Position numbers and translations under genes: made by a program. Shown in pieces: positions 25,757 to 34,441 of a stretch of DNA of 40,226 nt. A model generated the notes under the pieces. That model saw only the letters and a program-made list of their open reading frames with translations. It was not told the origin of the DNA and searched no databases. How positions within the stretch are numbered: the stretch's first letter is position 1; each line of letters starts with the position of its first letter. Origin of the DNA: Gammaproteobacteria bacterium (lineage in GTDB: Bacteria; Pseudomonadota; Gammaproteobacteria; Steroidobacterales; Steroidobacteraceae); the NCBI GenBank assembly GCA_010029775.1, contig RGWK01000001.1, positions 1 through 40,226 of the forward strand, given 5' to 3'.

Positions 25757-27823
25757 ATGCATTGCGCCGACCCGTATCGCGCCCATCGGTATCGCGACCC
25801 TCGCCGGCGGGAGAACGTCCGCGGGTTGCGGTTCTCCAGCGCGATGCTGCTGTCACTGTACGTGCTCAGCCCCCCCGCAACTGCGATCGATACCATCCGC
25901 TTCGCGGCGCGCGAAATCACCGCGGCGGGTACACGCTTCGAGAACGTGGAGGTGAAACTCGCCCTCGACCCGCAAACCGGACTGCCCCGTGGACGCATCT
26001 CGGCAGGCAGCACGCTCATCGGCCCGGTCGCCTTCGACGTCGCGCTTAGCGAGAGGCCCGAACTCGGCGAAACGATTTTGACCGGCGAACGCTTCGCCAT
26101 CGCGGGTGGAGAACTTGGCATTGAAGCGGTGTTTACCTCGAGCCGCTGGAGCATCGAGGGTCGCGCAGAACGTATTGAGAGCGACGGCCTGCTCACCTTC
26201 ACGCGTCGTTACATCAACATACCACCCGATGTCACCGCCGCCGGACGCCTCGATGGCCTCGTTCGTTTCGAGGGTCGCGCAGGGCGCGAACTGCCCACAA
26301 AGGCGTATGCGGAATTCCGCGGCACCGGCGTCGGCTTCGCCAACGGTGAAGGCAGTGTCGCGGGCGAAGGTATCGATGTCCGCTTGCGACTGCAGGCCGA
26401 TGCGCTCACCGGCACGGCGTACTCGCTGCAGGGCGATCTGCGCAGCGCGGCAGGGGAAGCGTTGCTCGGCAATACCTACCTGCGGCTCGGCAAGTACCCG
26501 ACATCCATCGATCTGACAGGGCGCTTCGATGGCGACTCGATCGACATCGAGCAACTCAACGTCGCGCAGCAAGGACTGGTCCGTGCCAGCCTCGCCGCGA
26601 ACCTCACGCTCGGTGCCGCGTTCATCGACACTCCGCTCGACCCCAACTCGGTAAAGGTCAGGCGTGCCGATCTGACCTTGCACGAACTGCGTTTCCCCGA
26701 CGTCTACACGAGCTATTTGCAAACGGCGCTCGCCGGCACCGCGCTCGACTCGCTCGACACCGCAGGCACTGTCTCAGGCCAATTGCACATCGTTGATAAC
26801 GTACCGCAAGCTGCGGAGCTTCGCCTCGCGGATCTACGGGCGCGCGACAGCGAGGGCATGTTCCACCTCGATGGACTGAATGGCGAGTTGTATTGGACCG
26901 CCGAGGGCGAAGAACCCGCAGCACCGTCGTTTCTCGCCTGGGACTCCGGCGGCGCCTACGACATCGGCGGCGACGGCAGCTCGATGCGGCTGATCCTGCG
27001 CGGATCGACGGCTGCACTGCTCGAGCCCGCTCGGCTGCCGATTTTCGATGGTGCACTCAACATCCAGCAGTTGCGCATCGTCGATCCGGGCCAAGAGTCA
27101 ATGCAGGTGGAATTCACCGGTGAACTTGAACCCATCAGCATGGAGGAGCTCACCAAGGCGTTCGGCTGGCCGGCCTTCGGCGGCGTCGTAACCGGTCGAA
27201 TCCCGGGCGTGCTCTATCGCGACAACAAGATCACGGTCGCAGGCGACATCGAAGCTGAAATCTTTGATGGCATCGTGCGCGGCAGCAACATCACGCTGAG
27301 CGATCCGCTCGGCCGATGGCCGAGGCTCGAGGCAGATATCCGCGTCGAAAATCTCGACCTCGAAGCCCTGACCCGCACCTTCGAGGTGGGCACGATCACC
27401 GGCCGCCTCGAGGGTGAACTCAACAATCTGCAGTTGTTCAACTGGTCGCCAACCGCCTTCGACATGTATCTCGGCACCCCTGCCGACGATCGAAGTCACC
27501 GCGAGATCAGCGTCGATGCCATCAACAGCATCGCCAACGTCGGCGGCACCGCCGGCACGGGCGTCGCGGCAGCGATGCGCACCGGCGTGCTGCGATTTTT
27601 CTCAAAATATCGCTACAAGCGGCTTGCGCTGCGCTGCGTGCTCGAGGATGACATCTGCAATCTCTCCGGCGCATCCATCTCGCCGAACCGGTACTATCTG
27701 CTCGAAGGCGCGGGCGTGCCGCGCGTCGATATCATTGGCAATACGGGTCGCGTGCGGTGGTCCGAGCTGCTCGAGCAGATCGAATGGCAAATCCGCACCG
27801 GCGGAACATTCATCGTCGACTAG
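25757..27823 (+). CDS. YdbH-like AsmA-superfamily envelope protein
   Basis: A long repetitive beta-rich protein. Its C-terminal block reads ...LRCVLEDDICNLSG...YYLLEGAGVPRVDIIGNTGRVRWSELLEQI, and a YdbL-type gene follows immediately, as in the ydbH-ynbE-ydbL operon. The start is uncertain (alternative ATG at 25844). Confidence 0.6.
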   Translation: MHCADPYRAHRYRDPRRRENVRGLRFSSAMLLSLYVLSPPATAIDTIRFAAREITAAGTRFENVEVKLALDPQTGLPRGRISAGSTLIGPVAFDVALSERPELGETILTGERFAIAGGELGIEAVFTSSRWSIEGRAERIESDGLLTFTRRYINIPPDVTAAGRLDGLVRFEGRAGRELPTKAYAEFRGTGVGFANGEGSVAGEGIDVRLRLQADALTGTAYSLQGDLRSAAGEALLGNTYLRLGKYPTSIDLTGRFDGDSIDIEQLNVAQQGLVRASLAANLTLGAAFIDTPLDPNSVKVRRADLTLHELRFPDVYTSYLQTALAGTALDSLDTAGTVSGQLHIVDNVPQAAELRLADLRARDSEGMFHLDGLNGELYWTAEGEEPAAPSFLAWDSGGAYDIGGDGSSMRLILRGSTAALLEPARLPIFDGALNIQQLRIVDPGQESMQVEFTGELEPISMEELTKAFGWPAFGGVVTGRIPGVLYRDNKITVAGDIEAEIFDGIVRGSNITLSDPLGRWPRLEADIRVENLDLEALTRTFEVGTITGRLEGELNNLQLFNWSPTAFDMYLGTPADDRSHREISVDAINSIANVGGTAGTGVAAAMRTGVLRFFSKYRYKRLALRCVLEDDICNLSGASISPNRYYLLEGAGVPRVDIIGNTGRVRWSELLEQIEWQIRTGGTFIVD

Positions 27824-27851
27824 GCTTTCATTTCCCTTCGAGGTGTAGATC

Positions 27852-28496
27852 ATGAGAACCCTGCTGCGCCTAAACCTCTCGCTCGTCACGCTGCTGATTT
27901 CGGCCTGCGTCACCATCAACGTGTACTTTCCGGCGGGCGCAGCGGAAAAGGCCGCGGACGAAATCATCGACTCGGTCATCAAGGGTGCGGGCAAGACTGC
28001 GCCTCGCAGTTCGGCACCCGCCACGAGGCCGAACACCCCGCCCTCATCCATGCGACAGGCACCCGACACGCACTGGCTGCTGTGGCTCGCCGGCCGCACT
28101 CTGTATGCACTGGTTCCTGCGGCACACGCTCAAGGCGTCGATGCCAACATGGACGTGTCGTCACCGGAGATCCGCGCCATCACAGCCTCGATGCAGCAGC
28201 GCTTCGGTCAACTTGAGCGTTTTTTCGATGCTGGGGTAATCGGGCTGACGACCACGGGTCTCATCGAAATACGCGATGCGAACGCGGCAGCACTGCCTGA
28301 TCGAGCGCTGGTACGCCGGCTTGTCGCCGATGACAACAACGACCGCAACGCGCTGTACGAGGCCATCGCCCGCGCCAACGACCGGCCCGAGTGGGAGGAA
28401 GACATCCGGCGAATCTTTGCTCAGCGCTGGATCGAGCGCGGCGCCAAGCCCGGTTGGTACTACCAGGACGGCGACGGCAACTGGCAGCAGCGCTGA
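27852..28496 (+). CDS. lipoprotein fused to a YdbL (DUF1318)-like domain
   Basis: Lipobox LLISAC followed by VTINVYFPAGAAEKAADEII. A Pro/Ser linker comes next, then a second signal-like segment WLLWLAGRTLYALVPAAHAQG. The C-terminal part NNDRNALYEAIARANDRPEWEEDIRRIFAQRWIERGAKPGWYYQDGDGNWQQR parallels E. coli YdbL. Confidence 0.65.
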   Translation: MRTLLRLNLSLVTLLISACVTINVYFPAGAAEKAADEIIDSVIKGAGKTAPRSSAPATRPNTPPSSMRQAPDTHWLLWLAGRTLYALVPAAHAQGVDANMDVSSPEIRAITASMQQRFGQLERFFDAGVIGLTTTGLIEIRDANAAALPDRALVRRLVADDNNDRNALYEAIARANDRPEWEEDIRRIFAQRWIERGAKPGWYYQDGDGNWQQR

Positions 28497-28508
28497 TCGC
28501 GAGCCGCC

Positions 28509-29726
28509 TTGACCCGCAAACGTCAACGCCTACTGTTCATCGTCGGAGGCCTGCTGGCGAGCATCGCCCTTGGCGTTGTGCTCATCGTGATTTTTCGCAA
28601 CCCGTTGCTGAACTCCGCGCTGGTGAGGCGAGAAGTCAGCGCCGTGCTGCGCGAGGAAGTCGGCCGCGAGGTCGATTTGAAAGGCGCGCTGCGCATCGAT
28701 GAGTGGCCGTGGGTGCAGCTTGACGTCGGTCGTGGATCCATCGCCAATCCAGCGGGCTTCGCGGGTCCGCCGCTCGTGCAATGGGAGCTGATCGAAATGC
28801 GCTTCCACTACAGCACGGCCTATGAGGAAGAGCCGTTGCTGTACGGCGTCATCATCCACGGACTGCGGGTTCACCTGCGCATCGATGCGGCGGGCCGTGA
28901 CAACTTCAGCGACCTGGGCTCTCGTGACCCGACACCACCCAGTGTGCCGCTGAATGTACCGAGGGTCGAAATCCGCGACGCCGAATTGAGCTTCACCGAC
29001 GAGCGCGAATCCGCCGAACCCCGGTTCGTCGCACGATCCATCACGCTGCGCACAGGCACCGTCGAGCGCGGTGTCGGCGCCGTGGAGGGTAAGCGCTGGC
29101 GCATCGCAGACATCGAGCTGAGCGCCAAGCCCCTCGATCTCGACACCGCCGTGCTGCGCGTACCCGCCTTGTCGGTGGATGCCAACGTCCCGTCGGCGCG
29201 GATCCCGGCGGCAACGCTCTCCCTCGGCCCCGTTCGCTTGCGTCTTAGCGATTTGGCCGTCGCCGCGCCGAAGGACGCGGCACTGCAGGGTTCCGGACGC
29301 TTCGCGCTTGATCCGGTGCCGCTCGCTAGCGTGTTCAAAGCCGCAGGACAACCGCCTCCCTTCGCGGCGAACTCGCCGTGGTTTCGACTGCGCAGCCTGT
29401 CGGGCAGCCTCCGCCCTGGCCCGACTGGCCTGCGGATCGACGATCTGCGCCTCGGTATCGACGAGCTGCGCTTGCAAGGCAGAGTGACGATCGGTAACAC
29501 GATCCGCTTCGCGCTCGAGGGGAATCGGCTCGACCTCGACCGCTATGTCCGTGCCCTGACCAACGATGCCCCGGCCAATGAGTCGCCTGCAACGCCGGCG
29601 GCCGGTTTCCCGGGTAAGACGTTGTTGGGACTGCCGCTCGAGGGTACGGTGCACCTCGACAGCGCCGTCTCGGGGGGACTGCGGATGCAGGATGTGACGC
29701 TGGAAGTCACGCACCGCGGTCGCTGA
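28509..29726 (+). CDS. AsmA-family protein (short form)
   Basis: TTG start. N-terminal TM anchor (LLFIVGGLLASIALGVVLIVIF) followed by AsmA-like beta-rich repeats and a C-terminal ...LEGTVHLDSAVSGGLRMQDVTLEV. Confidence 0.6.
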   Translation: MTRKRQRLLFIVGGLLASIALGVVLIVIFRNPLLNSALVRREVSAVLREEVGREVDLKGALRIDEWPWVQLDVGRGSIANPAGFAGPPLVQWELIEMRFHYSTAYEEEPLLYGVIIHGLRVHLRIDAAGRDNFSDLGSRDPTPPSVPLNVPRVEIRDAELSFTDERESAEPRFVARSITLRTGTVERGVGAVEGKRWRIADIELSAKPLDLDTAVLRVPALSVDANVPSARIPAATLSLGPVRLRLSDLAVAAPKDAALQGSGRFALDPVPLASVFKAAGQPPPFAANSPWFRLRSLSGSLRPGPTGLRIDDLRLGIDELRLQGRVTIGNTIRFALEGNRLDLDRYVRALTNDAPANESPATPAAGFPGKTLLGLPLEGTVHLDSAVSGGLRMQDVTLEVTHRGR

Positions 29727-29827
29727 CGGCGGCCGCTTTTCGGCGCCCGAACGGGGCTCCGGTCGACGGGCTGGCGGTGGGCGGATATACTCGCGCCCGG
29801 TTTTAACTGAGCCATCAGGACCGCATC

Positions 29828-30340
29828 GTGAGCACGCAGGATTCCAAGTTTTTCAATATCTTCAGCCTCGTTCTCGGCATTCTGATCGTGATTACCATCC
29901 TGCTTTTCGCGTTCGCCCGCGGCGTCGGCCGGAACACGCAGCTCGCGCACGTCGAGAGCGACCCCAAATACGTCGCTGATGTGGAAACCAATCTCACCTC
30001 GGGCCGCGTTGCGATCGCCGGTCAGGATAATTCTGCACTCGCCATCGCACCGGCAGCGGGTGCGGTGGTCGCCACGCTCGCCATGCCGACGAGTGGCGTC
30101 GAGGTCTACGAGCAAGTCTGCGGTGCCTGCCACCTGAACGGTATCGGCGGCGCGCCGAAATCCGACGATCGCGCGGCTTGGGCGCCGCGCATCGCGCAAG
30201 GGACGGCCACGCTCTACAAGCACGCTATTGAGGGCTACACCGGTAAAAGCGGTGTGATGCCCGCCAAGGGCGGTCGCGCCGACCTCTCGGACGAACTCGT
30301 CCAAGCCGCGGTCGACCATATGGTCTCGAAGGCTCAGTAA
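29828..30340 (+). CDS. membrane-anchored cytochrome c5-type monohaem cytochrome
   Basis: GTG start and an N-terminal TM helix. Haem site CGACHLNGIGGAPK with a distal MPAKGG, typical of the c5/CycB family. Confidence 0.8.
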   Translation: MSTQDSKFFNIFSLVLGILIVITILLFAFARGVGRNTQLAHVESDPKYVADVETNLTSGRVAIAGQDNSALAIAPAAGAVVATLAMPTSGVEVYEQVCGACHLNGIGGAPKSDDRAAWAPRIAQGTATLYKHAIEGYTGKSGVMPAKGGRADLSDELVQAAVDHMVSKAQ

Positions 30341-30379
30341 GCCGTCGAAGCCAAACAAGCGACGAACTAGGCCGACGAG

Positions 30380-31897
30380 TTAGGCCGACGACAGGGCGCG
30401 GCGCAAGGCCAGCGCTTCGGCCAGATGCGGTTCACTGACCGCAGTCTCGTCCGCCAAATCCGCCAGAGTCCGCGCCACCCGCATCAGCCGGTGGCGCGAC
30501 CGCATACTCAACCCGAGGGCATTGCCGGTTCGCTGCAATAAAGCCTGCGCCGGCATGGACATCTGGCACACGCTGTCGAGTTCGCCCACGCCGAGTGCAG
30601 CGTTGAGCTGGCCCTGACGGGCCTGCTGCCGGGCACGCGCACAACGGATGCGCGCATGTACCGCCGAATCATCGGCCCGACTGCTGCGCTGATGCAGGGC
30701 GATGTCGGCCTCGCTCACCGCAGACAAGGTCACCCGCATGTCGAGTCGATCGAGCAAGGGGCCGGACAGACGGGCACGATAACGCTCGACCTGCGCCGCC
30801 GTGCACTGACAACGACGCGAGCCATGCCCGTGATATCCGCAGGGACAGGGATTCATCGCTGCGACCAACTGGAAGGCCGCGGGATATTCGGCATGGGATC
30901 CGACCCGCGCCACGGTCACGAGCCCCGTCTCAAGGGGCTCGCGCAGCGCCTCGAGCACACGTCGGTCGAACTCGGGTAACTCGTCGAGAAACAGCACCCC
31001 CCGATGGGCAAGCGTGACCTCGCCGGGGCGCGCTGCCGGTCCGCCACCGATGATCGCACTCGCCGATGCGGTATGGTGCGGCGCACGGAACGGGCGACAC
31101 GGCGCCTGTGGCGTGCGCCCTCGTACGATGGAATTGACCATAGCGACCTCGAGCCGCTCCTGATCAAGCAAAGGCGGCATGAGATGCGGCAACCGCTCGG
31201 CCAACATGCTCTTCCCGCAACCCGGCGGCCCGACGAGCAGCACGCTGTGACCCCCAGCAGCCGCCACTTCCAAGGCGAGTTTGGCTGAGCTCTGGCCACA
31301 CACGTCGGCGAGATTCAGCACCCGCCTAGCATCGACGGATGCATCGCTCGCCACGCCGACCTCGGCCACCTTGGGCAGAGACTCACGCTGCTCAAGGTGT
31401 GCACACACCTCGAGCAGACTGCCCGCAGCGTACGCCGCGAGCCCGGGCATGCAGTGCAGATCGACGGCATTCTCGCGCGGCAGGATCATCGAGTGCCCTG
31501 CCTGGGCTGCCGCGGCCGCCGAGGGCAGCGCGCCGCGAATGGCGCGCAACTCGCCGGTGAGCCCAAGTTCGCCAAGAAACTCGACCTGCTCGAGCGAGGC
31601 GCTCGAGGGGATCTGGCCGGCGGCCTTGAGGATGCCCACGGCAATGGCCAGATCGAATCGGCCGCCGTCCTTCGGCAGATCGGCCGGCGCGAGATTGATG
31701 GTGATTCGCCCGGCGGGCAACTCGAATCCGGAGTTGACCAACGCGGCTCGGACCCGCTCCTTGCTTTCTTTGACCTCCGTCGCCGGGAGGCCCACGATGT
31801 TGAAGCACGGCAGGCCGGCACCGAGATGGACTTCCACCTCCACGACCGGGGCCAGCAGGCCGATCTGCGCCCGACAAGCTACCCGGGCGACGGCCAT
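30380..31897 (-). CDS. comM: YifB/ComM family Mg-chelatase-like AAA+ ATPase
   Basis: 505 aa. Lon-like N-domain (VEVHLGAGLPCFNIVGLP), Walker A GPPGCGKSM, Walker B VLFLDELPEF, and a Cys-rich insertion NPCPCGY...C.C. Confidence 0.92.
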   Translation of the reverse strand: MAVARVACRAQIGLLAPVVEVEVHLGAGLPCFNIVGLPATEVKESKERVRAALVNSGFELPAGRITINLAPADLPKDGGRFDLAIAVGILKAAGQIPSSASLEQVEFLGELGLTGELRAIRGALPSAAAAAQAGHSMILPRENAVDLHCMPGLAAYAAGSLLEVCAHLEQRESLPKVAEVGVASDASVDARRVLNLADVCGQSSAKLALEVAAAGGHSVLLVGPPGCGKSMLAERLPHLMPPLLDQERLEVAMVNSIVRGRTPQAPCRPFRAPHHTASASAIIGGGPAARPGEVTLAHRGVLFLDELPEFDRRVLEALREPLETGLVTVARVGSHAEYPAAFQLVAAMNPCPCGYHGHGSRRCQCTAAQVERYRARLSGPLLDRLDMRVTLSAVSEADIALHQRSSRADDSAVHARIRCARARQQARQGQLNAALGVGELDSVCQMSMPAQALLQRTGNALGLSMRSRHRLMRVARTLADLADETAVSEPHLAEALALRRALSSA

Positions 31898-31900
31898 GAC

Positions 31901-32158
31901 TCAGCCGCCCTCGCGATCCGCCTTGGCTTCGGCCTCAAGCTCTGCGAGGCGCCGCTCAAGTTGCTCGAGCCGCGCGCGGGTGCGCTCGAGCACCTTGCTC
32001 TGAGCGACGAACTCGTCTCGCGCGACCAGATCGAGCTCGCTCAGATTCGCGCGCAGCACCGCTTTAAAGTTGCGCTCCAGATCCTCGCGCAAGCCCTGCA
32101 TGGCGGGCGGCAACACGGCAAACAACCGCCGGGCCAGTTCGTCGATGCGAAATTCCAT
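31901..32158 (-). CDS. ubiK: UbiK/YqiC (BMFP) family accessory factor
   Basis: Only the last 85 codons of ORF 31901..32932 look real. MEFRIDELARRLFAVLPPAMQGLREDLERNFKAVLRANLSELDLVARDEFVAQ... is the coiled-coil UbiK pattern. The gene lies between comM and glnK, as in pseudomonads. Confidence 0.75.
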   Translation of the reverse strand: MEFRIDELARRLFAVLPPAMQGLREDLERNFKAVLRANLSELDLVARDEFVAQSKVLERTRARLEQLERRLAELEAEAKADREGG

Positions 32159-32229
32159 GGATCGATACTCCTGTAACCGAAGCGTGTCGTCGAAAGTCTG
32201 CCCCCAATTGACGCATGGGGCCGGTGCGA

Positions 32230-32246
32230 AGCGCCAAAACGGTGCG
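32230..32246 (+). promoter_or_regulatory. candidate NtrC enhancer site
   Basis: aGCGCC-AAAAC-GGTGCg against the consensus GCACC-N5-GGTGC (one mismatch), about 70 nt upstream of the sigma54 element. Confidence 0.35.
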
Positions 32247-32307
32247 CCACCAACGAGGAAACCCTGAAAAAACCCGCCCCGACACGGCTTGGACCCGCCG
32301 CAACGGG

Positions 32308-32323
32308 TGGCACGGTTTCTGCA
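32308..32323 (+). promoter_or_regulatory. sigma54 (-24/-12) promoter for glnK-amtB
   Basis: TGGCACGGTTTCTGCA against the consensus TGGCACG-N4-TTGCA, about 115 nt upstream of the glnK ATG. Confidence 0.6.
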
Positions 32324-32437
32324 AAACCCCTCGAGCCGAATGAATCGGGCACAAGGATACCGTGCCCGAGGCAAGCGGCGCAGAGCGGCATATCCCCGCA
32401 TTTGCATGGAAACCGAACTTGGAAGGCTGCCATGGCG

Positions 32438-32776
32438 ATGAAACTGATCACCGCGATCATCCGGCCGTACAAGCTCGACGACCTGGAAATGGCCGTGGCG
32501 CAACTCGGGGTGCAAGGCATGACCGTCTTCGAGGTGCAAGGGTACGGCGCCGAGCACGGTCACTCCGAGGTCTACCGCGGTGCGCAGTACCGCATCGATT
32601 TCGTGCCGCGAACACAGGTGCAGATTGCCGTCGATGAAAGCATCGTCGAACCGGTCATCGAGGCGATCGCCAACGTGACCCGCACCGGCAAGGTTGGGGA
32701 CGGCAGGATTTTCGTATCCGGGTTGGCACAGGCGATACGCATACGCACCGGCGAGACCGGTGTGGCGGCCGCCTGA
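32438..32776 (+). CDS. glnK: P-II nitrogen regulatory protein GlnK
   Basis: 112 aa starting MKLITAIIRPYKLDD. T-loop Tyr51 (EVYRGAQY) is present, as is the C-terminal RIRTGE. Immediately upstream of amtB. Confidence 0.92.
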   Translation: MKLITAIIRPYKLDDLEMAVAQLGVQGMTVFEVQGYGAEHGHSEVYRGAQYRIDFVPRTQVQIAVDESIVEPVIEAIANVTRTGKVGDGRIFVSGLAQAIRIRTGETGVAAA

Positions 32777-32801
32777 ATCTTTGGCGAGCAGGGAGAGGAA
32801 C

Positions 32802-34238
32802 ATGGAAAAGACGACGCGATCGACACACGCAATCCGCCGCTGGCTGCAGTCTGCTGCCGCCGTGGCACTCGGTACGATGGCGCCTGCGCTGGCGCTCGCG
32901 CAGGATGCGCCGGTGCCCGACAAGGGCGACACGGCCTGGATGCTCGTCTCTACGCTGCTCGTCGTCCTGATGACGATACCCGGCCTCGCGTTGTTCTACG
33001 GCGGCCTCGTGCGCTCGAAGAACATCCTCTCGGTGCTGATGCAGGTGATGGTCGGCTTCTCGCTGATCGTCGTGCTGTGGTGCATCTACGGTTACTCGCT
33101 GGCCTTTACCGAAGGCAGCGCATTCCTCGGTGGCACGGGCCGCCTGTTCATGAACGGCTTGTGGGACCCTTCAGCAGGCACGTTCGCCCTCGCGGCGACG
33201 TTCAGCAAGGGCGTCTACATCCCCGAGATCGTGTTCGCCGCCTTTCAGGCAACCTTCGCCGGCATCACCTGCGCGCTCATCGTCGGCGCCTTCGCCGAGC
33301 GCATGAAATTCTCTGCGGTGCTCATCTTCATGGTGATCTGGTTCACGATTTCCTACCTGCCGGTCGCGCACATGGTGTGGTTCTGGATGGGTCCGGATGC
33401 GTACACGGACGCGAGCGTAGTCGATGCCATGAACGCCAAGGCCGGCTTGCTGTGGCAGTGGGGCGCGCTCGACTTCGCGGGCGGTACCGTCGTGCACATC
33501 AATGCAGGCGTCGCGGGTCTCGTCGGTGCCTACATGGTCGGCAAGCGTGTGGGGTACGGCCGCGAGCCGATGCCGCCGCACAATCTCGTGCACGCCATGG
33601 TTGGCGCTTCGCTGCTGTGGGTGGGCTGGTTCGGTTTCAACGCGGGCTCCGCGCTGGAAGCCGGCAACTTCGCCGCCCTGGCCTTCATCAACACACTGCT
33701 GGCCACAGCCGGCGCCGTCGTGGCGTGGTCGTTCGCGGAGTGGATCCTTAAGGGTCACGCCTCGATGCTGGGCGCCGCCTCCGGTGCCGTCGCGGGCCTC
33801 GTCGCCATCACGCCGGCCGCCGGAAACGTCGGCCTGATGGGCGCTCTGGCCATCGGCGCCATCGCCGGCGTCGTCTGCCTCTGGGGCGTCACGGGCCTCA
33901 AGCGTCTGCTCAAGGCCGATGACTCGCTCGACGTGTTCGGCGTACACGGCATCGGCGGTATTCTCGGCGCGCTGCTCACGGGCGTGTTCAACACGCAAGC
34001 GCTGGGCGGCCCCGGCCTCGTCACCGACTGGGTCACCGCCAGCGTCGGCTCCAACCCGATCGCCGTGCAGGTACTGACCCAAGCCAAGGCGGTTGGCGTC
34101 ACGGTGGTGTGGTCTGCGGTTGCCGCGTTCATCGCCTTCAAGATCGCCGACCTGATCGTCGGTCTGCGTGTGGCCGAGGAGGCCGAGCGCGAGGGTCTCG
34201 ATACCAACGAGCACAACGAGCGCGCGTACACCAACTGA
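32802..34238 (+). CDS. amtB: ammonium transporter AmtB
   Basis: RBS GGGAGAGG before the ATG at 32802, with a signal peptide. Motifs DTAWMLVSTLLVVLMTIPGLALFYGG, DFAGGTVVHINAG and FGVHGIGGILGALLTG. Confidence 0.93.
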   Translation: MEKTTRSTHAIRRWLQSAAAVALGTMAPALALAQDAPVPDKGDTAWMLVSTLLVVLMTIPGLALFYGGLVRSKNILSVLMQVMVGFSLIVVLWCIYGYSLAFTEGSAFLGGTGRLFMNGLWDPSAGTFALAATFSKGVYIPEIVFAAFQATFAGITCALIVGAFAERMKFSAVLIFMVIWFTISYLPVAHMVWFWMGPDAYTDASVVDAMNAKAGLLWQWGALDFAGGTVVHINAGVAGLVGAYMVGKRVGYGREPMPPHNLVHAMVGASLLWVGWFGFNAGSALEAGNFAALAFINTLLATAGAVVAWSFAEWILKGHASMLGAASGAVAGLVAITPAAGNVGLMGALAIGAIAGVVCLWGVTGLKRLLKADDSLDVFGVHGIGGILGALLTGVFNTQALGGPGLVTDWVTASVGSNPIAVQVLTQAKAVGVTVVWSAVAAFIAFKIADLIVGLRVAEEAEREGLDTNEHNERAYTN

Positions 34239-34296
34239 GCCTCGAGACGACTCTGATTCACCACGGTTTACAGTAGTCCCCTGTAAAACCCCCTTA

Positions 34297-34330
34297 GGGC
34301 GGCGGTCTCGCGACTGCCGCCCTTTTTTAT
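34297..34330 (+). terminator. Rho-independent terminator of glnK-amtB
   Basis: GGGCGGC (34297-34303) pairs with GCCGCCC (34316-34322), followed by TTTTTTATT. Confidence 0.85.
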
Positions 34331-34441
34331 TCAGGCTGATTTTTCGAGGCTGCCTTGCGGTGGCAACGCGCAGTCCCCGCGACGAGGCAGCAGTGGTTGC
34401 CGCTCGCGGGCGTCGTCGACGCGGGCTGTTAAGATGTCGGC

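Noticed and set aside
28530-29714. 394-aa ORF antisense to the AsmA-like gene (and similar ones at 33171..34214, 39148..40164, 25853..26722, 21292..22113)
   Set aside because: All are antisense shadows of well-supported genes (AsmA-like, amtB, hslU, ydbH-like, bcp/tRNA).
30368-30391. Tandem 11-nt duplication TAGGCCGACGA x2 straddling the comM stop codon
   Set aside because: It is real in the sequence, but it is a tiny slippage-type duplication that re-creates ...SSA-stop just past the gene end. I see no functional implication.
32159-32932. N-terminal 258 codons of ORF 31901..32932
   Set aside because: Only the last 85 codons match the UbiK/YqiC pattern. The upstream part runs antisense through the glnK promoter, glnK and the amtB start.
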